A model generated the notes under the pieces. The model was not told the origin of the DNA. It saw nothing but the letters and a program-made list of their open reading frames with translations, and searched no databases. Below are positions 23,024-35,404 of a stretch of DNA of 64,000 nucleotides, piece by piece (position 1 is the first letter of the stretch; every line of letters begins with the position of its first letter). The position numbers and the translations under genes are program-made. Location: contig JAUCBJ010007554.1 of NCBI GenBank assembly GCA_032718475.1, forward strand, positions 1-64,000, read 5' to 3'. This DNA comes from Nemertoderma westbladi (lineage: Eukaryota > Animalia > Xenacoelomorpha).

Positions 23024-24493
23024 TCACAATGTAATTTACTTGTACCAAGGTGTCACAATGTAATGTACTTGTACCAAGGTGTCACAATGTAATGTACCTG
23101 TACCAAGGTGTCACAATGTAATGTACCTGTACCAAGGTGTCACAATGTAATGTACCTGTACAAAGGTGTCACAATGTAATGTACTTGTACCAAGGTGTCA
23201 CCATGTAATGTACTTGTACCAAGGTGTCACAATGTAATGTACTTGTACCAAGGTGTCACAATGTAATGTACCTGTACAAAGGTGTCACAATGTAATGTAC
23301 TTGTACCAAGGTGTCACAATGTAATGTACTTGTACCAAGGTGTCACAATGTAATGTACCTGTACCAAGGTGTCACAATGTAATGTACCTGTACAAAGGTG
23401 TCACAATGTAATGTACTTGTACCAAGGTGTCACAATGTAATGCACTTGTACCAAGGTGTCACAATGTAATGTACCTGTACAAAGGTGTCACAATGTAATG
23501 TACTTGTACCAAGGTGTCACAATGTAATGTACCTGTACCAAGGTGTCACAATGTAATGTACCTGTACAAAGGTGTCACAATGTAATGTACTTGTACCAAG
23601 GTGTCACAATGTAATGCACTTGTACCAAGGTGTCACAATGTAATGCACTTGTACCAAGGTGTCACAATGTAATGCACTTGTACCAAGGTGTCACAATGTA
23701 ATGTACCTGTACAAAGGTGTCACAATGTAATGTACTTGTACCAAGGTGTCACAATGTAATGCACTTGTACCAAGGTGTCACAATGTAATGCACTTGTACC
23801 AAGGTGTCACAATGTAATGTACCTGTACCAAGGTGTCACAATGTAATGTACCTGTACCAAGGTGTCACAATGTAATGTACCTGTACAAAGGTGTCACAAT
23901 GTAATGTACTTGTACCAAGGTGTCACAATGTAATGCACTTGTACCAAGGTGTCACAATGTAATGCACTTGTACCAAGGTGTCACAATGTAATGCACTTGT
24001 ACCAAGGTGTCACAATGTAATGTACCTGTACAAAGGTGTCACAATGTAATGTACTTGTACCAAGGTGTCACAATGTAATGCACTTGTACCAAGGTGTCAC
24101 AATGTAATGCACTTGTACCAAGGTGTCACAATGTAATGTACCTGTACCAAGGTGTCACAATGGAATGTACTTGTACCAAGGTGTCACAATGTAATGTACT
24201 TGTATCAAGGTGTTACAATGTAATGTACCTGTACCAAGGTGTCACAATGGAATGTACTTGTACCAAGGTGTCACAATGTAATGTACTTGTATCAAGGTGT
24301 TACAATGTAATTTACTTGTACCAAGGTGTCACAATGTAATGTACCTGTACCAAGGTGTCACAATGTAATGTACTTGTACCGAGGTGTCACAATGTAATGT
24401 ACCTGTACCAAGGTGTCACAATGTAATGTACCTGTACCAAGGTGTCACAATGTAATGTACCTGTACCAAGGTGTCACAATGTAATGTACTTGT
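23024..24493. repeat. 29-bp minisatellite (~50 copies) filling most of an HSP90B1 intron
   Basis: Unit TGTACCAAGGTGTCACAATGTAATGTACT. Confidence 0.95.
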
Positions 24494-24539
24494 AGCTAAA
24501 AAAGCATTTGAAGTATACTGTATCTACTGCAGTACTTAC

Positions 24540-24711
24540 TTCTTCGCGTGATGTACCTCCAATAAAGTAAATATGTTCCTGCTTGTCTTTCATTCTCTCA
24601 ACGTATTCCTGCAACGATGTCAACTCTTTCTCTGCGCGACTGGTCTGGAATCGTAGAAGTTTAGCTAGACGAGTCCGATTGCTGGAATCTTCGATGACAC
24701 CCAACTTCAGT
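24540..24711 (-). CDS. HSP90B1: Endoplasmin/GRP94 exon
   Basis: TTTCCCCAG|[25 protein letters not shown]...[26 protein letters not shown]|GTAAGT; 172 nt; phase 2 start matches the upstream exon. Confidence 0.95.
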
Positions 24712-24721
24712 CTGGGGAAAT

Positions 24722-25022
24722 CAAACAGTTGGGTTATATATTTATATTTAAACAAACAGTTCGTTATATATTTATATTTAAACAAACAGTTCGTTATATA
24801 TTTATATTTAAACAAACAGTTCGTTATATATTTATATTTAAACAAACAGTTCGTTATATATTTATATTTAAACAAACAGTTCGTTATATATTTATATTTA
24901 AACAGTTCGTTATATATTTATATTTAAACAAACAGTTCGTTATATATTTATATTTAAACAAACAGTTTGTTATATATTTATATTTAAACAAACGGTTTGT
25001 TATATATTTATATTTATACAAA
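24722..25022. repeat. 30-bp AT-rich minisatellite (~10 copies) abutting an HSP90B1 3' splice site
   Basis: Unit AAACAGTTCGTTATATATTTATATTTAAAC. Confidence 0.9.
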
Positions 25023-26480
25023 CTCCATACTCCCACGTATAACTAAATAACGTGTAACTAAAGGACCCCCTTGGAAATAAGCTGCAAAGCTTTAGGGGTA
25101 ATCCTATATGTTATGTTGGACAATACCTTTATACCGGTACATTGTTTGGTGTATTTGTTATTGTTTTTACATAATGTATAAATAAATCTATCTATATCTA
25201 TCTAACTGATATATTTAACGTTTCAAAAATACCACCTATACAGCTATATGCCAGTTTCGCATAGACCGCATGATAAATATATATATTTTTTAAACAACCT
25301 ATATAACACATTTTACTATTATAAATAGGGTAAGCCCGGGGATATAAAATTGGAAACAACGAATCAGGAGGTATAATTGATGTTTATTATGATAAAGGGA
25401 GATTTGATTTATATTTTTAAAACTTAATAATCGAATTTGTCTTAAGGGTTTTATTAATGCTGTAATCATTGTAGAAACAACCTATATCCCTATACATAGT
25501 TTCCTACCTAATATGTGCCATAATTCCAATACCATAACTATTTTTGTTAAAATCGTTACATTTAATGCGCCCATGTGAAGAATACCAGGATTTCACTTTT
25601 CGGTCGACTTTTTATTGGAATTTTATATATGAAGATTTTTTATTTTTTTAAATTTATCTTTATTAAGTGTTTTATAGCGCTTATTTCTGTCTTATAACCT
25701 GTACATATACTAATTCGTTTATTGTTTTGGTTAGATTCAGCCCTTCTGTAACCTGTGGTTTTGGTGAAAACCTGGTATTCTTCACATGGGGGTAACTGCA
25801 AAGTGAAATATAACGGCAGAAAGTCTGGTATTCTTCACATGGGCCGCCTTCTAAGTCAGTATCGTGTGTTAATCGGATTCAGAATACATTTTAACAGCGA
25901 AATTCAGCAATCTCCATTTCGGCAAAAATGGCATACCATATATGTGTCAGTATGTGGTTTCAAAATGAAAGGGATGAATTTATTATTAGCTTACTGCACT
26001 AGTGAACGTTTCTTTTTTGCAAACTTTATGAGTTTTTGGGGACAAGTAGGTGCATTAATCAATAACAGTACAGCAGTAGTTATTATCGTAAAAGGAGAAG
26101 AAGAAAGTAGTAGCGTACCGGTCAGCCGGTCTGCCGGTACCGGTAGTTAGTTTTGCTCCTTCGTTTTCATTGTAACAATAAATAGCTGAATAGGCCTACT
26201 CCTACTACAGTACTGTACTACAACTACAACTGGTTGACTACTGGATTAGTACTAGCTGGCTACTGCAGTTAGTGCTATAATTAATATAGCATACCGCAGC
26301 TACCGGTACTGCATGTACTGCAGTACTGTACTGTAATCTGGTAATACAGTACTGCAGTAATACTGTAAGCCTATTTGCTGATTTGCTATCCACAACACTG
26401 CAACACTGCAATATAGCAATACTCAGCTCCTGATACTATTTCATATTTCTCGGTTTCTTCAGTTCTTTATTATCGTTTGG

Positions 26481-27224
26481 ATGGCAGACAGAGTTCTAAA
26501 GATGCACAGTCGTATAAACGCGCGTGGGCGTACGGCACGGGCGAGTGTGGGTCGGAAAGCGAACCGCAGCGTCGGCGAACCCGATATAATAAAGACTGAG
26601 TCGGTGGAACTGGACGCGATGACGGTAGAAGCTAGTGACGCCTTGCTCGAGCTGATAGCTGCGTCCACTACGGAGGTAGAAGTCCAGCCCCCGCCCCGGA
26701 AGAGAGGCCGTAGAGTTGTCGGGAGGCGATCGCAACCAACAGATGAACCCCCCGTCACCGATTACAAACAAACTTACGTGATGAAGTTGTTTGATCGGGG
26801 CGTCGATTTGGCGGGATTCCCCAGCGAGGGCCCGTTGTACCCGGTGTGTCGGGCGTGGATGCGGAACAAACCCTATCAGTCGGTGTCCGAGGAGGACGAT
26901 GGGACGTTGGACGAACCGGAGGAGGTTGACGGCTGCGTGTACCGGCTGCCGGTAGGGGACCCGTCCGTAGACGACAACCCGCTACCGGTAGCGGGGGTCA
27001 CATCCCGCCGTACCAATCCACCCGTCCCAGACCCGGATACCACCGGACAGGAACCAGTCCCGGACACCGCAGACCTTCTCTTCGGACACCGTCAGCGCTG
27101 GAAGAATGTCCGGAAGGAATGGAGGTTGGCGGCGGAAATAAAGAACTTGAGATTCAGAGAAGGATTCACTATACTCGATGATATATTCAATAAAGTAATA
27201 CTTGTTGACGTTTCAGGGAAATAA
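26481..27224 (+). CDS. LIN37: LIN37 (MuvB/DREAM subunit, Mip40 homolog), intronless CDS, 247 aa
   Basis: TYVMKLFDRGVDLAGF...PLYPVCRAWMRNKP and C-terminal LLFGHRQRWKNVRKEWR...NLRFREGFTIL match the two conserved LIN37 blocks. GC-rich CDS; pyrimidine tract plus AG at ~26446-26462 suggests a 5'-UTR intron; AATAAA at ~27220 and ~27307. Confidence 0.9.
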   Translation: MADRVLKMHSRINARGRTARASVGRKANRSVGEPDIIKTESVELDAMTVEASDALLELIAASTTEVEVQPPPRKRGRRVVGRRSQPTDEPPVTDYKQTYVMKLFDRGVDLAGFPSEGPLYPVCRAWMRNKPYQSVSEEDDGTLDEPEEVDGCVYRLPVGDPSVDDNPLPVAGVTSRRTNPPVPDPDTTGQEPVPDTADLLFGHRQRWKNVRKEWRLAAEIKNLRFREGFTILDDIFNKVILVDVSGK

Positions 27225-28017
27225 ACTTCTTTATAAACAATTTTAATACCGGTAGGTCTACCATATTTTTATGTAATATCTACAGAGCGGACTAGCTGTA
27301 TAACGCAATAAATATATTACAGTATAAGAATGCAGCTGAACCAAATACAACCAAAAAAACAAAACCTTCACTATTAATTAAAGCCGGTCCCATTCCTTTG
27401 AGCGGGTTCGTTGTTTATAGTTGCATTTTTTGAAGGCGAGTTTGCAGTTTGTTGTTGTTCGTTTGTGTTTCACGTAGCAATGGAAAGCTGTCAGTGCAAG
27501 GATTCCAAATATATAAAAATATTTAATTTGGTTGGTAAATAGCTGAGTTATGGACATTCGAAAGTTGCATGTATTTGCTTCCCCTGTAGGCTATTAATGG
27601 GCCGTTCTCACCAAAATTGGCCAAACGGGTGTCCGATGCCATACCTTCTGTTTATGTCGGTTCTAGAAAGTGGTTGATGGCTTCAATGAAAGCTGCCGCT
27701 GAAGCGTAGATTTTGTACAATTAATTTCAGCTCAAACAGACATCATGTCTTCCCGCAGCTGAACATAATATGGCCAAAAAATGAGATTTTCAATGTCTGG
27801 GGTCCAAAGTGCTAGTAGAACAAACTGTTACAAAATTCCAACCCAAGGTCATATCCAATAAACCACAATACCGTTAGAAAGCTGGATAAATGGAGATTCG
27901 TTTTCAGCAGTATTTGTATACATAAAATGTAGTTGGTGTCGTACAGCTGCATCAAACATCGTGTCCGACACTTCTCTCTGATTTTTATGTCCGACCCTGT
28001 AATGGTGCTTAACTTAA

Positions 28018-28884
28018 GGGGGGTATTATACCCCCCCCCCCCCCCTTTGCTCAAATTTTGAAATTCATGTTCCTTTATTTCGTCTAGAGCAGAATTTAAT
28101 GAGGATTACAAATCTGAAAACCGCTTAGTGAGACCTGCTTTAGTTCTCGAGTTATAACTGTTTTTCCGTATGTCGGTCTGTCCGTCAAAATGTAAGAAAG
28201 ACAGAAGACCGACCGACAGACAGACTAGATTCCACCAAACATTAAAACTGACATCGGAAATGGAATCAGCGACCCCAAAAGCCCCAGTAATAAAATTTTT
28301 AGCTCTTTGGTGTGCATCCTTCATACCAGAAATAATTAACCAACCAGAACGCAGACAGCCAATTTTGGCGGGACGGTTTAAACTTTAAAGGGCATTTTCG
28401 CGGAATGACATTTTTCATTTTCAAATCACTACTCCTCCGTCATTTCTTAACCAATTTTCTTCGTTTATGGCTCATTCGAACGAGCTTTGGAAGCTCTTTA
28501 AAAGTTATCTTATGGAATTTTGATAAATATTACCATTTTTTCTAATTAGCCAATTTTAATTAAAAATATGATAATTAATTAAATTAATTAATTAAAATAT
28601 AAATGGCTAATTAAAAATTCTATAAGATAACTTTTGTAGAGTCGATCACGCTGAGTCCAAAAAAGTAGGTTTCAAGAAATTTGGACCAAAATTGAGGGAC
28701 TAGTAGCAATTTTAGTGAAATCTTTAATTCCGCCGCCAGCCGCCAGGGGTGGCTATAAATTTTCAAATTTTACTATAAAGGCTATTTGGCCTTCCATACA
28801 GTGCTTGACCATGACAAAATAGCAATATTAACACCAATTGACAGCCATTTTAAAAAAAGGTTCATGGGGGGGTATACCCGCCCC
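28018..28884. mobile_element. TTAA-flanked non-autonomous DNA transposon (Kolobok-like)
   Basis: TTAA at 28014-28017 and 28885-28888; imperfect TIRs GGGGGGTATTATACCCCCCC / revcomp GGGGCGGGTATACCCCCCC; no coding capacity. Confidence 0.5.
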
Positions 28885-29578
28885 TTAACTTTTTAAAAGT
28901 AAATATTCATTTGAAAGCAAATTTTCTCAGGATGACCGACCATGTTAAAATTTCATCGCATTTGCTTACTTTCCGTCCAAGTAATCGTCTTAGACCAAGC
29001 ATATACCTTGGCCATATACCAAGCATATACCTACACAGACATTGCCTATTTGAAAGTGATAGAATTACAGATAAGAGTTACAGATAGTAAAGATACTGCC
29101 AGATTCATATTTCTCAGCGCTTTCAGGGGGTGTATGAAATTAGGTTAGCCACACTGCAAATTATTTATAAACAATAATCAATCAATGTGTCCGGCACTGT
29201 AATGGTGTCCGCCCCTGGTAATGGATGGCTCTGGGATCATTACAGGTCCGGACAGAGCGGGTTGTAATATAAATAAATCATCCAGACTACAGAACTCTAA
29301 TGCCTGCCTGACTGCAGAATAATTTTACCTAATACTGAATCTGTAAGACTGAAAGTATATTAGATGCTGCAGTAGCCCTCCTAAGCTACGTAATTAGTTT
29401 ACCGATACTACTGTAGTACCAGTTAAATAACTGGAATATCTTGGGATATAAGTAGCGCCGGTGTCGTCGCGTTTCGGCAAATTTTTGGGAGAGTAGCCTT
29501 AACGCGACTTTCAGTCGCGGTACGGCTAATTGTCGCATTACGGCTAATCTATTGTCTTGGTTTTACTTAGGGAATCAT

Positions 29579-29811
29579 AGTTATAGTTCATATGCGTACC
29601 TCTGGTATTTTCGTATTCAAAAATAAGACTATAAGTATGAAATACCCTATGTTATTGAGATATTGTTTATTGTTTTGGTTAGAAAAGCCCACCACTGTAA
29701 CCTGCTCCTTTCCGTTAATTAAGTAATGGAGATTAGTTTATTGTTTTGGTTAGAAAACACCACCACTGTAACCTGCTTCTTTTGCCAGAGGTACGCATAT
29801 GAACGATAACC
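29579..29811. mobile_element. 233-bp MITE with ~27-bp TIRs and 8-bp TSD (Merlin- or hAT-like)
   Basis: GTTATAGTTCATATGCGTACCTCTGG (29580-29605) matches the revcomp of 29785-29810 at 25/26; TSD GGAATCAT at 29571-29578 and 29812-29819. Confidence 0.8.
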
Positions 29812-29842
29812 GGAATCATTATCAATATTATTCCCCACCACC

Positions 29843-32486
29843 AGCGCCCACCCCTACCTTCGGGTAGCAGATAGGAGTAGCGCCACCCCTACCTTCGGGT
29901 AGCAGATAGGAGTAGCGCCACCCCTACCTTCGGGTAGCAGATATGAGTAGCGCCCACCCCTACCCCTCGGGTAGCAGATATGAGTAGCGCCCAGCCCTAC
30001 CCCTGGGGTAGCAGATAGGAGTAGCGCCCACCCCTACCTTCGGGTAGCAGATAGGAGTAGCGCCCAACCCTACCCTCGGGTAACAGATAGGAGTAGCGCC
30101 CAACCCTACCTTGCAGAAAGGAGTAGCACCCACCACTACCTTCGGGTAGCAGATAGGAGTAGCGCCCAACCCTACCCTCGGGTAACAGATAGGAGTAGCG
30201 CCACCCCTACCTTCGGGTAGCAGATAGGAGTAGCGCCCAACCTAGGCCATGGCCCACCCCTACCCTCGGGTAGCAGATAGGAGTAGCGCCCACCCCTACC
30301 CCTCGGGTAGCAGATAGGAGTAGCGCCCAACCTAGGGCATGGCCCACCCCTACCCTCGGGTAACAGATAGGAGTAGCGCCCAACCCTACCTTCGGGTAGC
30401 AGAAAGGAGTAGCACCCACCCCTACCTTCGGGTAGCAGATAGGAGTAGCGCCCACCCCTACCTTCAGGTAGCAGATAGGAGTAGCGCCCACCCCTACCCT
30501 CGGGTAGCAGATAGGAGTAGCGCCCACCCCTACCCCTCGGGTAGCAGATATGAGTAGCGCCCAGCCCTACCCCTGGGGTAGCAGATAGGAGTAGCGCCCA
30601 CCCCTACCTTCGGGTAGCAGATAGGAGTAGCGCCCACCCACCCTAGCCCTCGGGTAACAGATAGGAGTAGCGCCCAACCCTACCTCGGGTGCAGAAAGGA
30701 GTAGCACCCACCACTACCTTCGGGTAGCAGATAGGAGTAGCGCCCAACCCTACCTCGGGTGCAGAAAGGAGTAGCACCCACCACTACCTTCGGGTAGCAG
30801 ATATGAGTAGCGCCCACCCCTACCTTCGGGTAGCAGATAGGAGTAGCGCCCACCCCTACCCCTCGGGTAGCAGATATGAGTAGCGCCCAGCCCTACCCCT
30901 GGGGTAGCAGATAGGAGTAGCGCCCACCCCTACCTTCGGGTAGCAGATAGGAGTAGCGCCCAACCCTACCCTCGGGTAACAGATAGGAGTAGCGCCCAAC
31001 CCTACCTTGCAGAAAGGAGTAGCACCCACCACTACCTTCGGGTAGCAGATAGGAGTAGCGCCCACCCCTACCTTCGGGTAGCAGAAAGGAGTAGCACCCA
31101 CCACTACCTTCGGGTAGCAGATAGGAGTAGCGCCCACCCCTACCCTCGCCCTCGGGTAACAGATAGGAGTAGCGCCCACCCCTACCCTTCGGGTAGCAGA
31201 TAGGAGTAGCGCCCACCCCTACCTTCGGGTAGCAGATAGGAGTAGCGCCCAACCACTACCTTCGGGTAGCAGATAGGAGTAGCGCCCACCCCTACCTTCG
31301 GGTAGCAGAAAGGAGTAGCACCCACCCCTACCTTCGGGTAGCAGATAGAGTAGCGCCCACCCCTACCCTCGGGTAGCAGATAGGAGTAGCGCCCACCCCT
31401 ACCTTCGGGTAGCAGATAGGAGTAGCGCCCAACCCTACCCTCGGGTAACAGATAGGAGTAGCGCCACCCCTACCCTCGGGTAACAGATAGGAGTAGCGCC
31501 CAACCTAGGGCATGGCCCACCCCTACCCTCGGGTAACAGATAGGAGTAGCGCCCAACCCTACCTTCGGGTAGCAGAAAGGAGTAGCACCCACCCCTACCT
31601 TCGGGTAGCAGATAGGAGTAGCGCCCACCCCTACCTTCAGGTAGCAGATAGGAGTAGCGCCAACCCCTACCCTCAGGTAACAGATAGGAGTAGCGCCCAC
31701 CCCTACCTTCGGGTAGCAGAAAGGAGTAGCACCCACCACTACCTTCGGGTAGCAGATGGAGTAGCGCCCACCCCTACCTTCGGGTAGCAGAAAGGAGTAG
31801 CACCCACCACTACCTTCGGGTAGCAGATGGAGTAGCGCCCACCCCTACCTTCGGGTAGCAGAAAGGAGTAGCACCCACCCCTACCCTCGCCCTCGGGTAA
31901 TAGATAGGAGTAGCGCCCACCCCTACCTTCGGGTAGCAGAAAGGAGTAGCACCCACCACTACCTTCGGGTAGCAGATGGAGTAGCGCCCACCCCTACCTT
32001 CGGGTAGCAGAAAGGAGTAGCACCCACCACTACCTTCGGGTAGCAGATGGAGTAGCGCCCACCCCTACCTTCGGGTAGCAGAAAGGAGTAGCACCCACCA
32101 CTACCTTCGGGTAGCAGATGGAGTAGCGCCCACCCCTACCCTCGCCCTCGGGTAATAGATAGGAGTAGCGCCCACCCCTACCTTCGGGTAGCAGAAAGGA
32201 GTAGCACCCACCACTACCTTCGGGTAGCAGAAAGGAGTAGCACCCACCACTACCTTCGGGTAGCAGATGGAGTAGCGCCCACCCCTACCTTCGGGTAGCA
32301 GAAAGGAGTAGCACCCACCCCTACCCTCGCCCTCGGGTAACAGATAGGAGTAGCGCCCACCCCTACCTTCGGGTAGCAGAAAGGAGTAGCACCCACCACT
32401 ACCTTCGGGTAGCAGATGGAGTAGCGCCCACCCCTACCCCTCGGGTAGCAGATATGAGTAGCACCCAACCCTACCTTCGGGTAGTA
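29843..32486. repeat. ~36-bp GC-rich satellite (~70 copies) with CTACC-TTCG-GGTAG hairpin
   Basis: Unit CCCACCCCTACCTTCGGGTAGCAGATAGGAGTAGCG with variants. Confidence 0.95.
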
Positions 32487-33414
32487 GCTATCGGAAGAGT
32501 ATACTTCGGGTCGCCTCCGGTTTCGGCAAGATATGGGTTGCTCTTAGTTATAATAAAAAGAAAAGTATCTTTATAACATAACTGTATAACTGTTTCTTTA
32601 TGACTTTCGCAGTGTCGCGTTAGTGTCTACTGCGTAGGCCTACAAACCCCAGATAGTGGCGCACTTTGACCGCAAGTGAAAATAGTGATCTTCAGCGCAA
32701 AATGGCCGCAAGTAAAATAATGAATTGTTTATTGTTTTGGTTAGAAAACACCGCCACTGTAACCTGCTCCTTTCCCTTGATGTTTTTAATTTAATTAAAC
32801 CAATTTTTAAAACCCACCAAAATGTATTTTGTGTTTGCGGTCATTTAGCGCCATTGACTCACATAACCACATGTCGCAGTATGTCGGTCAGTATCACGAA
32901 TAACAAGAATACACATTCAGACATAGGGCGCGACACGTCAAATAACCACGTAGTAAGTTATATTGTTTGGCGTGTCAACAAACCACAACTACGAAAGATA
33001 CACACTACTATATTTCAGACTCTATTAGCCGCCGTATTCGCGCTAACATGGGATTTTCTTTCACCATTTTTCTTTCTTTGTACCAGTTTTCGTAAATTCA
33101 TTGTAATCTGTATTAGTAAATTTTAAGCAAAATACCCGGTTTGTCTATCATAACATGAACAAATTAGTTTTCGAAAATGGCAAAATTAAAAAGAAATGTT
33201 CTATCAATATTGGGAAAATATCGATAAATTTTAGATATTTCAGAAAAAAATAGGAATTGGTAGTTTTTTTATTATTTTCATTCAATTTGGTTATCCTTTA
33301 TTATTTAAATAATGCTACGTTGGGTTCCCTGTGTCAAGTACAATGCACAAATATCCGACCAGACACTATATAACATTGTCCCGGAGGTGTCTCATTGGTT
33401 CTCACAAGATTGAC

Positions 33415-33492
33415 ACTTGAACAAAGTCGTCTCCGCTTTGCAGGACATTGCTTTCGCCGTGAGGACCAGCCTGTGCACAATCTTGTGCTTTG
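33415..33492 (+). mobile_element. RTE-like non-LTR retrotransposon fragment
   Basis: Translates EQSRLRFAGHCFRREDQPVHNLVL, resembling the RRLRFAGHCxR motif C-terminal to RT in RTE-clade LINEs. Confidence 0.5.
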
Positions 33493-33674
33493 TCAAAATA
33501 CCTTTTATGAAAATTCCGAAAAATAAAAATGCAACAGCAAACAGTAAACAAATTCAGAGACCATACTTCAATATTCCTCTAACCTCCATACCTCCCCCTA
33601 TGTGAAAATTTACACTGTCTGAGTATATTGGCTGGCTTGTCTGTGTGTGTTGGTTGTTATAAGTACTGTAGGTT

Positions 33675-34270
33675 TCCATGTTTCGTTACACTGCCTAAAG
33701 CTTTTGTCTCGTATCTCAGTCCATGTTTTGTTACACTGCCTAAAGCTTTTGTCTCGTATCTCAGTCCATGTTTTGTTACACTGCCTAAAGCTTTTGTCTC
33801 GTATCTCAGTCCATGTTTTGTTACACTGCCTAAAGCTTTTGTCTCGTATCTCAGTCCATGTTTTGTTACACTGCCTAAAGCTTTTGTCTCGTATCTCAGT
33901 CCATGTTTTGTTACACTGCCTAAAGCTTTTGTCTCGTATCTCAGTCCATGTTTTGTTACACTGCCTAAAGCTTTTGTCTCGTATCTCAGTCTATGTTTTG
34001 TTAAACTGCCTAAAGCTTTTGTCTCGTATCTCAGTCCATGTTTTGTTAAACTGCCTAAAGCTTTTGTCTCGTATCTCAGTCCATGTTTTGTTACACTGCC
34101 TAAAGCTTTTGTCTCGTATCTCAGTCCATGTTTTGTTACACTGCCTAAAGCTTTTGTCTCGTATCTCAGTCCATGTTTTGTTAAACTGCCTAAAGCTTTT
34201 GTCTCGTATCTCAGTCCATGTTTTGTTACACTGCCTAAAGCTTTTGTCTCGTATCTCAGTCCATGTTTTG
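33675..34270. repeat. 45-bp minisatellite (~13 copies)
   Basis: Unit CCATGTTTTGTTACACTGCCTAAAGCTTTTGTCTCGTATCTCAGT; explains the repetitive ORFs in several frames. Confidence 0.95.
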
Positions 34271-34560
34271 CACATTCATTGAACCTTGTGGCATCTGTTG
34301 TCAGTTGAATGTGTAACAGCTGCAATCTCGTTTTCCCTCGTTTTTTTCGTCCAAAACATGTGTTCTTCAGTGCCGCAACTCATCATTGGGAGGTGGGCCC
34401 CGGCCATATTGTTGTCCCAATTGGGAACTAAGCATGTGGTTAAAAGTCTGAGTGACATCTTTTGGTCCTCACACGCGGATGCAACGGTCACCCTAAGTGA
34501 TGGGTATGACAGTATTACAGCATCCCCTAAGCTGATTATTGGAGATTCAGAGAGAGGTTT

Positions 34561-34972
34561 CAAATATGCAATGTAAATAGGACAATATGATAATGCTCTC
34601 CATAGCGAAAAATATCAACCGGCCTTATTGGGGCTCGAACCCGGTACCTAGGTTTCAAACTTCTGGTTATCATCAGCCGGGTGAGTGTACTGAGCTACCA
34701 GGCCGGATGAATATTTCGCTATGGAGTGGGAGATCATATTAAGGCCATACAAACACTCAAAGTAAAGTACAACTTTCGTTATTCCCGTGCTCTGCCAGAA
34801 ATGGCAACCATGCCTCAAAGAATAACTATTATACAGTGTTGTAGAAACCACTGTAGCCCCGTATACCTGGCCCAGGCTGTTAATTAATAATAATAAATGA
34901 ATTGTTGTGGGGCGAGTGACGCGGTGAATCAAATATACAATGTAAATAGGACAATATGATAAGGCTCTCCAT
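34561..34972 (-). mobile_element. ~369-bp terminally redundant retrozyme/SINE-like element with tRNA-type A/B boxes
   Basis: 43-bp direct repeats 34561-34603 and 34930-34972 (2 mismatches); on - strand A box TAGCTCAGT and B box GGTTCGAGCCC bracket a hammerhead core. Confidence 0.7.
34634..34685 (-). ncRNA. Minimal type I hammerhead ribozyme motif
   Basis: - strand: CUC ACCCGG CUGAUGA UAAC CAGAA GUUU GAAA CCUAGG UA^ CCGGGU UC GAG. Intact CUGAUGA/GAAA/UH core, 6-bp stem I, short stem II, 2-bp stem III with palindromic loop; first stem II pair is a non-canonical U.U. Confidence 0.78.
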
Positions 34973-35404
34973 CTTAATGCTCTCCAGAGGTTTCTGACCA
35001 TTGAAGAGCCATCTGGTCTTCTACCATCTACCATTCTATCATTCTACCATCTGGTCTTCTCCGCAAGATGGATATGCTGGAGAATGGAATTGTCAACTGC
35101 CACCGCAGTGATGATGGTGCCGAAAAGTCTTGACTTTATGGCCGAGAAGACTTCCTAGTTGACGTTTTTTATTCATCGTAGACCACTTTAGTGTTTGGGA
35201 TATTAATTCCTTTTTTTATTCCAATTATGAATAAATTCTTAATTGGTTATATTTCAATAAAGCCTTTTTTTTATAAAGGGAATCTTTAGTATTGCTAAAT
35301 TAATTAATTTTGAATGGGTTACGGTAGAGTGTGGGGGGGGGGGGGGGGGTGTAATGGAGGGACCCATTATTGTAGCCTATGGGCTCGCAAAAGCTTAATC
35401 CGGT

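Noticed and set aside
24474-24875. 133-aa ORF as a standalone gene
   Set aside because: An HSP90B1 exon read through into flanking intron and minisatellite.
33628-34325. 200+ aa ORFs on both strands
   Set aside because: 45-bp unit is a multiple of 3 and stop-free in several frames; pure repeat.
34340-34560. Possible Academ/XPG fragment (ATVTLSDGYDS)
   Set aside because: Similarity too weak to call without a profile search.
34619-34706. Functional tRNA gene
   Set aside because: A/B boxes and an acceptor-like stem exist, but the anticodon arm is replaced by the hammerhead core; no cloverleaf.
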